Shown here piece after piece: positions 38,487-50,319 of a stretch of DNA of 64,000 nucleotides. Position numbers and translations under genes: made by a program. The notes under the pieces are model-generated. The model did not search any database, was not told the DNA's origin, and saw only the letters and a program-made list of their open reading frames with translations. Origin of the DNA: Hyphochytrium catenoides (taxonomy: Eukaryota; Protista; Hyphochytriomycota); NCBI GenBank assembly GCA_900088475.1, contig FLMG01000154.1, positions 124,001 through 188,000 on the forward strand, given 5' to 3'. Positions within the stretch are counted from its first letter, which is position 1. Each line of letters opens with the position of its first letter.

Positions 38487-41400
38487 CCTTGATATTGCTG
38501 AGCCGCTGCTCGACTGTCAGCTGGTCTTCCTTCCGTTATGAGGTAAGGCAAGGGCTGAGATAAGAACGCTGTAAAATAAAGATAGCAGGTCTGCCTTCTA
38601 GAGCCGGCCACGATGAGAAAATCCAATGATGGAGCAAGGAAGACCAGTTCTTCCTCATGAGACGGCAGTCTCTGCAATCCCCTCCTGCCGCTTCTTCTGC
38701 CAGGGTTGGCGCGGTGGTTACTGTTGACGCTGAGGTAAAAGTGGTTATGATTCAAGACTCTAAGCATTAGGATGCTATTATTAGCTGTCTCTATGGGAAA
38801 GGCCATAACTAAGTCTTAAGAGGAGATATTACTAATGCACTTGTGACCTTTCAATTACTCTATTACTCAAACTCTGACTCTGACTCTGATAGATCACTAG
38901 TGGATCATGCTTTGGTTATCATTAGTAGGATTTCTGTGGTGCACTCTGTTATGCAGATCTGTTTGGTGTTGCCTCTACCTATAAAGCTAGCCAACTGCTG
39001 ACCGTTAGAGGTTGCATTCGATCATTGTTCGGTAATCCAGAACTTTGATACTACGACAAGCCATTCGGTTCGTTTTGTCGTTGTTCTTACTTCTGAAGAA
39101 TATTCAGAGCGCCAATAACTATCGGATAAGTCTGCGTGAGAAATCTTTATTGGATATCTCAGCGACAAAAAGAAGAAGACCTTGAGCCCCCACCAATCTT
39201 TTGAAGGCTGACATTGTTGAACGCTGAAGTAGTGACGATGCAGAATAAAAAAAAAAGAGGACGGTTGATGATGATAATGGACAATAATTCACCACATTCC
39301 CTAATTATGGAAACTGTCACCACCACCAGGGTTAGGGTTAGGTCAGTACGTCTGATGATGATTAGAGCACCACTCAACATAATAATAAGTGCAATGGCGG
39401 CGTCCGGGTAGTTCAGTACTCGTACTACTATAATGCCTGAGGCTTCTCCTCCCTGTTTGGGTGCATCACCGCTTATTACTCCTCAGGCACTTCTTCTTCT
39501 CTTATTGGTTGCCTTACACCACTTATTGTTGTGCTGGCTGAAAAAGATATCTATTATCATGGCCAAGTGCTAGGCTCTTAGGCAGGAAAAGTATTCTTTT
39601 ATATAGAGAACTAATGTGTACCTTTCTCCTTCAATAAACCCGCAAGACCTTTTTGATGAAGACGACGCGCAATGATGATCTTGAAAGCCTGCTGCTTAAG
39701 CTCCATTGAGAAGTTGTCATTATTATAAGAATAAGTCCGTTGTTTCATCTCTCCTCCGACTCTTTCCCAGGAGGTTACTACGTGTGTCATCAGATGATCC
39801 AGTACCAGCGAGCGAAGAAGGTAGACGTAGACAACAACACCATCCCATTATTGATACTAACTACTAATGACATCATTAGATTCCCGACGACTGGCCTTCC
39901 TCCATCAGCTTCTGTCTATTATTTTATTTACCCTTTGTTATCTTTGACGATGGTAGTAGAGATAGGAACGAGGTTTTTTGTTGTTGTGCCTGATGACATT
40001 CTCCCACCAAATCCCCAAAGAAAATGTTAGCACCAGAGATATTACTTGTGGCTATTACTCGGACAGCTCTAAACAGTAAAAAAGTTCCATCCCCATCACA
40101 GAACAAGACTGAGGGCCGGCCCCCTCGCCCCCGCTTCCGATCGGACATACTACTACAGAAACAGCAGGGCCAAACGCAAACAGGTTGAGGAGTAAAAAAT
40201 TTTGTCTGTTGCTCACAGCTACGACTTTCTCGCCCTTTCAGTAGGAAAAAGTAACTTAAAAAGTAATTCCTACAGATGCCTGTTCAAGAAGTTAGAGAAG
40301 GTACAAGCAAGAGAAATAACAGTGAAGCTCAATCTATCCTTGATGTAGGACAGTTCGTCAATCGTCGTAAGCCTACGCCTTCTCTGCTAGTACTCGTCGC
40401 TGCAAAGCTGCTCGACGGCGCCGAGCAGCAGCAGCAGCCCGGGTACATTTCGGCATGAATGTCGTCAGAAAATGTTTACCTCCTAAGATGACGATTTCTT
40501 CATGTGACTAAGCAGTCCTCAGACAGTCTCTTGATCGTATTCTGGTTCTCTTCTTTGAGCTACCTGCTGCTAGGATGGGAGGCAGCGCCCAAACTAGAGG
40601 TAAAATCCTTGTTCCCTCAGCAGGAGAACAGGCGTCAACTTGGCGTGGTGAGCCTACTTTCATCGTTATCCTGAGGTACAAAAAAGAGGAGAGTAGACTC
40701 GCTCGTCGACCTCGCACCTTGTTGCCTGATCGCAGATCATAGCCTCCTCTTCTTGGAGAGGCGATCTGCACGGCTATCTTTGTGCATTTCCAGAGGTGGG
40801 TGGGACCGGGCCAGAGCGATAATACAGTCAAGGAAGATGCCATACCATTCTCTGCTGCGAGGACGGGGCGTCGACCGTCATGGAACCCTTGTTTTTTGTT
40901 GACAAAATCCACTCGAACGTCTTTATCACATTCAAGGCGCAAAATCCGGCATCTGGACTACACAGGCAAATTGCGCTGGAGAAATCGTGCTTTAGCGGCG
41001 AGCAGTAGAAGAACGTCTCCTGGGGGAGGAGAGGCCACCACTTTGAATGATGGCTCTGTTACTTGTCTAGCATTGCAGCATAGGTGGCAAATAGTATTTA
41101 TAAAAATAATAATGATGGGCCAACGGAAAGATTCTTGGATCCGTAAGAGTATCAACTATTCATTACTCAGTTGCTGTGCGAACCAACAAGGATGCAACCT
41201 TGCAAAAGAAATGAATCCATACGCCAGAAATATAAAGATGATGACCGCAGCTCGCACTGGACCACCACAAGAAGTGATTCACCACGAAGGGAAGCAATAA
41301 TTATTTGACAAACACCAATCTTGTTGAAAGTTGAAAGCCCCCTCCCGGGCTCCTCTAACCAAGTTATGCAATCGAAAGAAGTAAAAGAACGGCAAGATGG

Positions 41401-43572
41401 TCAGGAGGAGGTAGTGCTAGCCAAACAGGATTGCCCACTTCTATGTTGTCAACCTCCACCAGCACCAGATTTAGCATCCGATTTAGCCCACTGCACACTA
41501 AAGGTCACTCATACTGACCCAGAGTTCTGAACACCACCTTTTTTGAGATAAGACAACTAGGACCATCAAGGTTAGAAGGGTTGGACAAAGCGGCGCTAGC
41601 ACTGGCGACGACCAGTGAAAGCAGAACTAACGAAGCCAATGGTGGATCTGGCGCCATCATCCACTTTCTTTGTGTGGTCATAAAGCTTCACACACGGTAA
41701 ACTTTCACAGGTTCTATCCTAGAACATAACGGACAATGAGGAAAGGAGGACCATCATGAATCTCAATGAAAGGCACGACAGGCTTTCTTAGGAAATGGCT
41801 GTCGAAGAATGAAACAGCAGAAGAAGCGGTATGGACCCTTCCTCCTTTGTCTGTCTGTTGTGTGGAACTCCCACCCCTGTCGTACCCTTTCACCTTCCAT
41901 CCACTCTCTTGCTAGCTTCAACTGCACACCAGTTCCAAGTCCAAGTCCAAGTAGTCGAGGGCCAGGTAGGACTGACTCATCAAGTCTCCGAATGATAGTT
42001 ATCAAGGCTAAAAGTGCTTGCAAAAGCTCCACCAATCAGCAGTGCCGAAAGTTAGGGAGAAGTCCCAAGTCAGCCAATCAGAGCTGACCAAAGCGCATTG
42101 CGTCATTATAGGAGGTCTTAGCTCTAGGGGGAGATGTGAGCTCAAATATGATCCCCAGGAACGGACATAGAAAAAGGACTAACTGAACAAGAATGACCCT
42201 GAAAACAATGAGGTTAAATTCCAGAAATACTAGCACTGAAGTTATTATTCTTTAGCATACAGGACCATTTGATACCGAAACCTTTCAAGGGAATTGCATG
42301 GTAAGGTTTCCAGTTGAAGTTATTCTGGCTTTGGACCGTTTCCTGATGTTCGCCAACAACTTGTCCTTGACAGCTTGTTGTGGGGAGTATGACGGTCCAA
42401 CCGCAGAGACAGTGAAAGAGATTGGAAACGGAAGAAGAGAGATAGGAGTTCGTAATGCGAATCACATATAAAGCTGAAACAATCCTAACTTAAACAGCTC
42501 TGACAGAGACAGAGCCCATTGGAGATGGGAGTAACAAGAGACAGAGTAGAAATGAATCGAGACAGAGCCAGTTGTTAGGAAAGAAGGCACAGCTGAAAAA
42601 AGAATGGCTGTTCGACTAGGGCGGGCCCTTCCCCCTGTAGTAATAGTAACAGCCATCTTGATATCAAATTCATACTACAAGCTTTTACGACAGGAAGTAG
42701 TAATGGCAGAACAGGACGGGGCGAGGGGCTTGAAGTGTGCTGTCCATCTTCTTCTCTTGAACAGAGATGGAGAGACGGGCATAATGGACCAGGTCATAAC
42801 AGACACTAAGTTTGATAGAGGTACTTTATAGCACTATAACTGAGAGAGATGCGCGAGAAAGAGTGTTGGGTTAGCTCGATTTTGGTCATCAAGAGGTAAC
42901 TAAAGAAGTCGAAGCGAGGAGCCGACGAGAGAGAGAAAGGACAGAGGACGCCACTCCCTCCTCTTGGTTCTTTCTGCGTCACCTCGCCCTGTCCCGCAGC
43001 CTTTCCACAGGATAATTCTTCTACACTATCCTTCCAAGACATCCAACAGAGACAGAGTGAGAGAGAGATGAGGAGAGAAGAATGATATGGCAAGAGAGAC
43101 ACACACTATTGTACAAAGACAACCCGCAGACGAGACAGAGAGAAAAAAGCGAGAGACAGAGAGACAGAGAGAGAGATGGTAGAGACACACAGAGATAAGT
43201 GACAGCAATGATTGATTTGTTATGATAGCTCTTCGTATCACTTTGGCATTCGAGCACGAGGCGTGCGCAGGTAACACCTCTCTTCATCTGTTGCTGCTGA
43301 TATGCTGCTGCCTGGCCGCTAGCGGTGAGAGCCGTGAGAGCCGCACGTGAACAGATCCCAACTTTCCCTGCCACGCTATCTGCAGAAAGTATCTTGTTAA
43401 CGCGCGGCGCCATTCTTATAGCGCCCTTTGCCAAGCTCTGCGGATCTTGGGCTATTTCCGCCTACCCTTCAACTGAAGGTGCGAGTCAAGTACCAAGACC
43501 TCGGCGTTGACAACAGCTGGAACCATTCAGGGCAGCGGCGTGAGCCGTGCCTTCCGGAGAACTGTTTGGGGA

Positions 43573-43989
43573 ATGCTGGACGAAATCACTTCAAAAGGCG
43601 TGCAGTGGTTCAAGCAGCACAAGAGCACGACCACTGTGGCTGCTCTTTTTGCTTTCACAACCGTCTCCGTCTATACGTTCTTAAAGAACCAAGATGGCTT
43701 TGATGAAGATGAGCTTAATGAGGCAGCGTTTTTGGAGGCCTGCCGATTTTCGGACGCTGATCTTCTCTCTCCCAGCTCCGTTTCAAGTCCTGGGAGCAAG
43801 GAATGGCCAACCTCACCAACTGGGTGCTTCAAGTCGAGCAGCAGTTTTGGACTTGACGGGTCGAAAAGAAGCAAAGATCTCTGCGCCAAAAAGCTGTCAT
43901 GGCGCGATGAGTGTGGAGGGCCATTGGAGGATGTGCTCTGCTTTGACGACATGAAATGCAGCGCGCGAAGAGATGTCGCTACGGCTTGA
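43573..43989 (+). CDS. Small intronless hypothetical protein (138 aa) with an N-terminal TM anchor and a KKLSWxD motif
   Basis: Protein-like ORF from ATG 43573: hydrophobic VAALFAFTTVSVYTFL, acidic patch, SP-rich linker, then KKLSWRDECGGPLEDV. Confidence 0.65.
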   Translation: MLDEITSKGVQWFKQHKSTTTVAALFAFTTVSVYTFLKNQDGFDEDELNEAAFLEACRFSDADLLSPSSVSSPGSKEWPTSPTGCFKSSSSFGLDGSKRSKDLCAKKLSWRDECGGPLEDVLCFDDMKCSARRDVATA

Positions 43990-45764
43990 ACAGGAAGCCT
44001 TTTTGCTCGATGTTCTTGGTATATTTTTCCCTATTTATTTGCGTGTATTCACTTGCACGTACGGCAGGAAAGGAGATGTAGGCTTGGTCCGTGCGTTCTT
44101 TACGCGGAGCCGTCGGTTGTCTCACTTTCCCATTTTTGGTATATTTATGCGGCAGTTAGTAGGGGTCGTCTGCTCTGACCTCCATTGGCATTAGTACGCG
44201 ATACATTGCATAACCACTTGGCTTGTATGCCATACTCAAAAGATTAATGAATGTGTGTCTGAAGTGTGCTCCATCGTGAACTTTCTCCCCTAGTTTGCCT
44301 TACGAAAAAGCTCGCTACGCCAGCATACAAGCTGCAGCAGAGATCTAAGAACAAGTGTGCTTCCCGTATTCGCGTAAGTGATGCCTTTCGTACTCGCATA
44401 CCATGAGGCGAGGCCTTCCGATACTTCTGGATGGCCGATCTGGTTCTCAGTCAATTGGCTTATGCGCACCCGGCTTGTGACGCTTGGTGTCGTCACGTGG
44501 GATTGAGATGGACCAAGGGTGTCTAATAGGACCTCTTTAGAGCTTGCTCGTCTCTGTAAAGAAGTTTCTTCTCTACCAGCCTCTGTACGCTTTCGTATCT
44601 CCTACTAGCACCACATATGAACCTTCACGCACAAGTATGAACCTTACTTTGCTTCTATCACAGGCAGTGCTTGTAGGCAGTGTTTATGGACAGCCCGAGT
44701 GCATGGTGTCAGTCAGACAGCCGCTTGATAATGGAAGAGGGAGAGGCTGTCGACGAAAGCAACCTTCTCTAGGGCCCGGGCGCAGTAGACTAGTCACGAA
44801 TGGCAAGTGCCTCGTTAGATTCTTCGTTCGACACTACACAGACTGATGGACAGAAATAGAGTTCGATGTCAATCATCATTAGTAGGTTCAGAACACGACA
44901 GGAGGACGTTGTCGCATTAGAAGGGCACTAGAGCATCTGAAGGACTCGGTGATACTATTTTCCCAAGAGATGCTTCATAAGCTGGTGATTGCTGTTCACC
45001 ATGGGTAGCGAGCAGCGAACAAACTGCCTACAAGTATCTCTCAGTAATTTAAACTGTCACTCAGACTTCGGGCGATTGTTCTGGTGAGGTTCATGCCATT
45101 AGAAGCTGGTATATGGTTACGGTGTCTCTAGAGATCACTATTAGCGCCGTGTCACATTATGAAAAGCTGCACTTGTGCTCAATAGGTCCGACAATGGCTC
45201 TAGACATATGTTCCACGAAGCTTGCACCAGGTCACGACAATACAGCCTTGTCCTCGAGGGACAGCCGTAGGTCTGGCTGTCGCACGCGGTCCTACGCCGG
45301 TCACTCTCCTCTTGGATGCATATGCTTCTTCGCATCCCAGCACCAGGCAGGATTTCCCAACTGCTATCAGCAGCACGCTTCACTCTACAAAGCTCCTATA
45401 AAAAAGCTCCATCTGCACATCTGCATGATCTCCACTCTCTTCGTACAGATTGGTTCTTATTGACCGCTAACGGACAGAGCTATACACTTGGGTCTACGAT
45501 CTGACCACCACTCCTTGCAGACAAATTATGGGAAGCTGCGCTTGAGCTCTGTGTTACTATGTAGCTGCTTTTTGATCTCTGATGCATCCTCCGCTTAAGC
45601 TCGCCCTTGACCCATAGTAGGAGAGACGAGCTGTTCGCTGCAGAGGCCATAAAGGAGAAGAACGCTGGCACACACAAAGCGTTAGCGAGAGGAGAGCATT
45701 GCGCTGGAGAGAGACCAACAGGGGAAGTTGGAAGCTTCCTTCCTTCACTGCTACCTCTCTCACT

Positions 45765-47817
45765 ATGAACGACTTAAGCAGCGAGTCAAGCGAAGAAGAG
45801 ACAACACCAAAGCCACAGAGTCAGCAGCAGAAACAAGGGAAGGGTAAGAAGTCCCTTGCACGTCCGGCCCCAAAGGATGAAACCGAAGAGCTAGACAAAC
45901 TGGATGAGAAGCGCAAACTAAAGAAGCTAAAGAAATTAGAACGGCGGGAGAAGAAGGAAAAGGATGCAGAGCAAGGGGACATAGCACGGCCCAAGCCAGC
46001 CAGAAACGAGAAGAAAGGTGCTGGGACGCCTTCCAAGAGCGGGGTAAAGAGAGGAAGGGAATATACGGTGTCGATCGCCGTCCCGGGGTCGGTTGTGGCT
46101 AACGCCCAGACGCGGGAGCTGAAAACCTATCTCGCTGGTGAGCTGTCCGGCTTGTTTTGCGCCATGAGTCAGCTTTACGGAGTCACTCTTTAGCCTTCTT
46201 CCCCCTGCTCTGACTCACGATTCTTCTGGTTCTTTCCCTGTCTTCGTTCATCTGCATGGTCTCTCACGTTCGGACATGCGTGCTGAACCTCATTTCCAGG
46301 CCAAATAGCCCGTGCCGCTGCGGTTTTCTGTGTGGACGAGGTGGTGGTGTACGACGATTGCCTCGGTCAGAAGAACAGCAAGGCTGATGGCAAATCTGAC
46401 CCGAACGTCTTCTTAGCGCGAATTCTCCAGTACTTGGAAACCCCTCAATATCTTCGGAAGGCTCTGTTTCCTGTGCATCCGGACCTGAAATATGCAGGAC
46501 TGTTGAACCCTGTAGATACGCCTCATCACATGCGCATCGATGAGTGGAGCGAGTACCGAGAGGGCGTGGTGCTGGACAAACCGCCACATAAAAGCACCAA
46601 CACAAGCTACGTCACTGTTGGGCTTAGAAGGGTCAGTCTTAGTCGCTGATCGATCCCCAGTTTCCTTCGTTCGCTTCCTCTGCCCAGTATCCGTTGTCTT
46701 TGTCTCCAACGGGCTTTAGGGGTTACTCTTCCTCCTCACTCCTTGTCCCTGATCTCCTTGCTTTTGCCGGCTGACGGTATCTCTAGGACGTAGTGATAGA
46801 CAAGCTCCTCCAGCCAGGCACAAGGCTCACAGTGAAGTTAAGGAAAGATCAAAGAGATGGAGCATGTAAGAACTTAATCCTACATTGTGGGCGCTGCTCA
46901 TGAGGGCGACGAAAGTGAGGAGGAAGGGGAGCTCTTATAGTGGAGAAGGGCTACGAGCAGGGCTGCACGTTAATATACGAAGAGACCATAACGAGATACC
47001 GGCAACTAGGTACTGGAAGATTTAGAAGTCTGAGGGATAATTGTTTACCGAAAGACTAGGGTACTCAAGCATTGGACGAAGAATTCTCATCAGTCTGCCG
47101 CATAATAGTTCTGCAAGGCACCGCGGTAAGCCCTGAAGAGCCAAGACGAACGTCAGGGACCTACTGGGGCTACACTACCCGCCTTGCAGACTCACTTAAG
47201 AAGGTTTGGGAGGAGTGCCCCTACAAGGTAAACGTAACTGANNNGAGACCCTTATCAAGCACGAAGAGGGAGAGATGTTCACTTGAAGTCTACAATGAGG
47301 GAGGGACCTCGCAACCTCAGGGTGAAAGTGACAAAGAAGGACCTCAGGGCGAGCGTGACTTTTGGAGAGTCCAGAAAGAGGACTTTCTGCCGTAGAGCAT
47401 GCCGACTGCGTAGTAGAGACAGGCCACGAAGCTAGGGCCACACGGAAGGAGTTGGGCGCTGACTTCATGGTTGTTAGGCATTTATTAATAGTATTTGGAG
47501 GTCCCGCGGGCATTGAGGAGTGTGTTGCGGCAGACGAAAGCATAACTCTGCCAGCCGAGAAGAGCCATGAGCTCTTCGACATGTGGGTGAACACCTGCCC
47601 ACACCAAGGAAGTAGGACTATCAGATCAGAGGTGAGTCAGAGAAGAGCTGAGGACAGTGCTCCTTCCCAAACTGACGTTTTCCTCCTCCCTCTTCTTTTT
47701 GTCGGTCGCTCGCTTTGGAACTTTCAAATCTTGTGCCCCTCCTGGGTTGTTAAACCTTAGGAGGCTATATTGATCTCTATGGCCGCGATGAGGCCCCACA
47801 TACTGAGAAATGGCTAA
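45765..47817 (+). CDS. SPOUT1: SPOUT-family methyltransferase SPOUT1/C9orf114 (CENP-32)
   Basis: YTVSIAVPGSVVANAQTRELKTYLAG|QIARAAAVFCVDEVVVYDD, LARILQYLETPQYLRKALFP, YWGY, LLIVFGG and NTCPHQGSRTIRSE|EAILIS. Confidence 0.95.
47242..47244. other. Assembly gap inside SPOUT1 (other gaps at about 5193-5215, 7300-7364 and 27642-27668)
   Basis: Runs of N. The three larger gaps sit in GA/CT repeats. Confidence 0.95.
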
Positions 47818-47860
47818 ATACATATGGTGGCATTGTGCTCAAGGGAGCCTCATTCCTTCG

Positions 47861-49622
47861 TTAGCGCCCCAATAGTTTGCGAATCTTCGCCAGAGCTTCT
47901 TTATGCTGTATGCAAGAAGGGTGAGTACTCCATCAGCGCATGCTGAGGATAAACGCTACTACAATGGCAATACGTCTCAGAAGTCTACTTATCAGTGAAA
48001 GAAGCTCGAGAACTCAGCTGGAGCAAAGAGGAGAAGTGAAGGTAGAACCAAAGTGCCAGCGGATTGATAAGTAGACAAAGTCCGGCACCTGCTCCACGGG
48101 AACTCTTGCTGGAGCTTCCTTGTAGTCAATCAGCAGCTTCACCAGCTTCTGCCATCCTAGTCTTCCGCGCGCTATATGGACAGAAGCAAGTGTTAGACAT
48201 AGATAAGCACTTGATCCAAAGAAGAAGGATAGAAAGGGATACCTGCTTCTACCTCCGTCTCGACCGGGCTTACGATTGGGCAATACCATCGATGCTCTTC
48301 TATGGGATCAAAGGGCCCTAATTTACCAATCCTACTCCTCTTCCGAGCCGGAGAGCTTGGGCTCCCATCTGCTTCTCTCCTTTTTTCCCTGGCGCTTTCA
48401 TCTTCTTTCTCACTTTCCTCGGCAGTATAGTTCCATAGTCCCACCTCTCGCCCGCAGGCCTCACAGAAAATAGTGACCAGCGGCCGACGACGCTTTTGCG
48501 GCGATAAGGAAAGTCTAGTTGAAGCTCCGGAGTCAGTGCCAACGTTATCCCAGCCTAGGACAGCGTAGAAAAGGGCACGCTCAGCTGCTCCGTTGGCACT
48601 GAAATCCTCTTCTATATTTGAACAGCATGGTCATAATCAGTCCACTGCTCTCAGATTGCATCTTGGACGACAGCGCTTACTCTGACCGCAAGCTTGAATC
48701 ACGGTTCTTGGCGAGCTTGGCAAGAAGGCTTTCTCAAAGAGATCTTTCGCAGCTTGTGAGGGAGGTGGAAGAGCTTCCACGTTCATAAGCCGCTCCATCC
48801 TGGAACGGATAAGCTGCAACGCCTCTGCTCTGCTATAGTCTGGTAGCTGAAAACAGAAGAACGATTCAGTTGACGGTATAATATTCTAGAAGCGAGACCT
48901 TACCTTTGCGAAGGAAGAGGGAGACGGATTGAAGCGCCACGGACACAACTGCTTGTGAGCAGTTGCCAGTCCTTTCCGCAGCTCCGTAGCCACTGCTAAG
49001 ATGCCCTGCCAACAATTACCCGGTGACCAAGGCTGACACTTCCCCTCTCTACTTCTTGACTTTTGTCATACCTCCGGGCTTAGCGAGTCATCCACCTTAA
49101 ACGTTACCGAACTCTTACAGCTGCCAATGGAAAGTCAGCTAACCAATTGACTAAGCATAAGTTCACGGGCGTACCTCGCACACGAGAGCTCATCTGTCCC
49201 TGTGTTCGTCCAGCCAAACCTCGCACATTGTAAAGGTCCAATCATCGGCGGTTTTGCGAACCAAGAGAAGGGCTTGAAAGACCTAGGAGAAAGGATATTT
49301 CAGCTTCACAGACTATGAAGGTGAGTCACGGTTCTGAAAGCACCTTAGTCTTTGATAGAAATCAGCGCGATTCCAAGGCCTACAGGCATGCTTATCTTGC
49401 TGACTTTCGTCTGTGTCTACAGGCAAGGTTAGTTTGTCGTCAGCTGACAGCTCACCCACGATGACTCTGAATAGCACCTTGTCGCGCATCGCGTCTACGG
49501 CTCGTGTGCTGTCGAAGCTCGTCAATGTATGGAAGATTAGTACGCGTATTGGATGGCTTCGATGGACTTGTTGCTTCATTCCACTGCTTTAGAGCCCTAT
49601 CCAGCCTGGCTTTATCAACCAT
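47861..49622 (-). CDS. ZC3HC1: C3HC zinc-finger protein, ZC3HC1/NIPA (Rsm1/Pml39)-like
   Basis: [14 protein letters not shown]|[27 protein letters not shown] and [12 protein letters not shown]. Start [14 protein letters not shown] at 49622. Inferred last exon [14 protein letters not shown] (47905-47861). Confidence 0.85.
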
Positions 49623-49999
49623 TCTTGCCTCCAGAGCCGTCTAGTTCTGGAGACCTTGTCTCGCCGCTCTTAACCCTAGGCTGGCTAGACTTCTTCAAGA
49701 TCTTTCTAAGGGTTCACTCAGCAGCAGGGGTCGAACTGGCAGCTCTTGGACAGGCCAGACATGCAGACGAGCTTTGAGCTCTCTTATCTCATGAAGAAGA
49801 GGAGATTATTGCTGTTGATAGATCTTGATGAACTGGAGAAGTTCTAAGAGCCCGAATACAATATCCAAAATTAGCGCCATCAGATGCAACATGATGTTGG
49901 GCAGCGAAAACTATTGGCATGGCAATTATTCCTTGAAATTTTTAAGTTATTTCAATATTCTTAGGAACTTTCGTTTTCGTTTCCAGAGCAATTTTACTT

Positions 50000-50024
50000 T
50001 TCAAACCCGCTGATGCCGCGAAAA
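50000..50024. promoter_or_regulatory. Candidate CHR + E2F site in the ZC3HC1/RFC1 divergent promoter
   Basis: TTCAAA at 50000-05 and CCGCGAAAA at 50016-24 (reverse complement TTTTCGCGG, a full TTTSSCGS match), next to an AT-rich stretch at 49920-50005. Confidence 0.5.
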
Positions 50025-50319
50025 TCTTCAGCCAAAGTCTAGTTCTCTTCCCTCCTCCGCCGCCTTTGGAGCCAGAAGCTTCTCTCATTGATGTCTGCAG
50101 AATGATGGCTCAGAATGCCAAGAACCAAAGATTCTTTCTGAAGCCCGCGCGATGGCATCGTCTCTTTGCCCAATGAAAGCGGCTCCTTAATAGACAGACA
50201 ATCAGCTGATGGTTAGCTCTCTCTATTGGAGAGAGAGCTCGACCCCTTGCAAAGCCGACAGGCGGTCAAATATCAATTCAGCCACCCATAGGCCGAGATC
50301 TAGACCTTGAAGGGCACCA

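Noticed and set aside
38477-38806. 109-aa ORF upstream of RSPH4/6
   Set aside because: No recognisable domain or coding-like composition; lies in the promoter/leader region.
39268-39440. Two back-to-back C-box...D-box units (ATGATGA...CTGA) suggesting a snoRNA cluster
   Set aside because: The D box of the first overlaps the C box of the second, there are no terminal stems, no recognisable rRNA guide lies next to a D box, and the region is rich in TGA triplets.
44220-44265. Resemblance to the 18S rRNA 5' end (CTCAAAAGATTAA...TGTCTGAAGT)
   Set aside because: Short gapped match with no continuation on either side.
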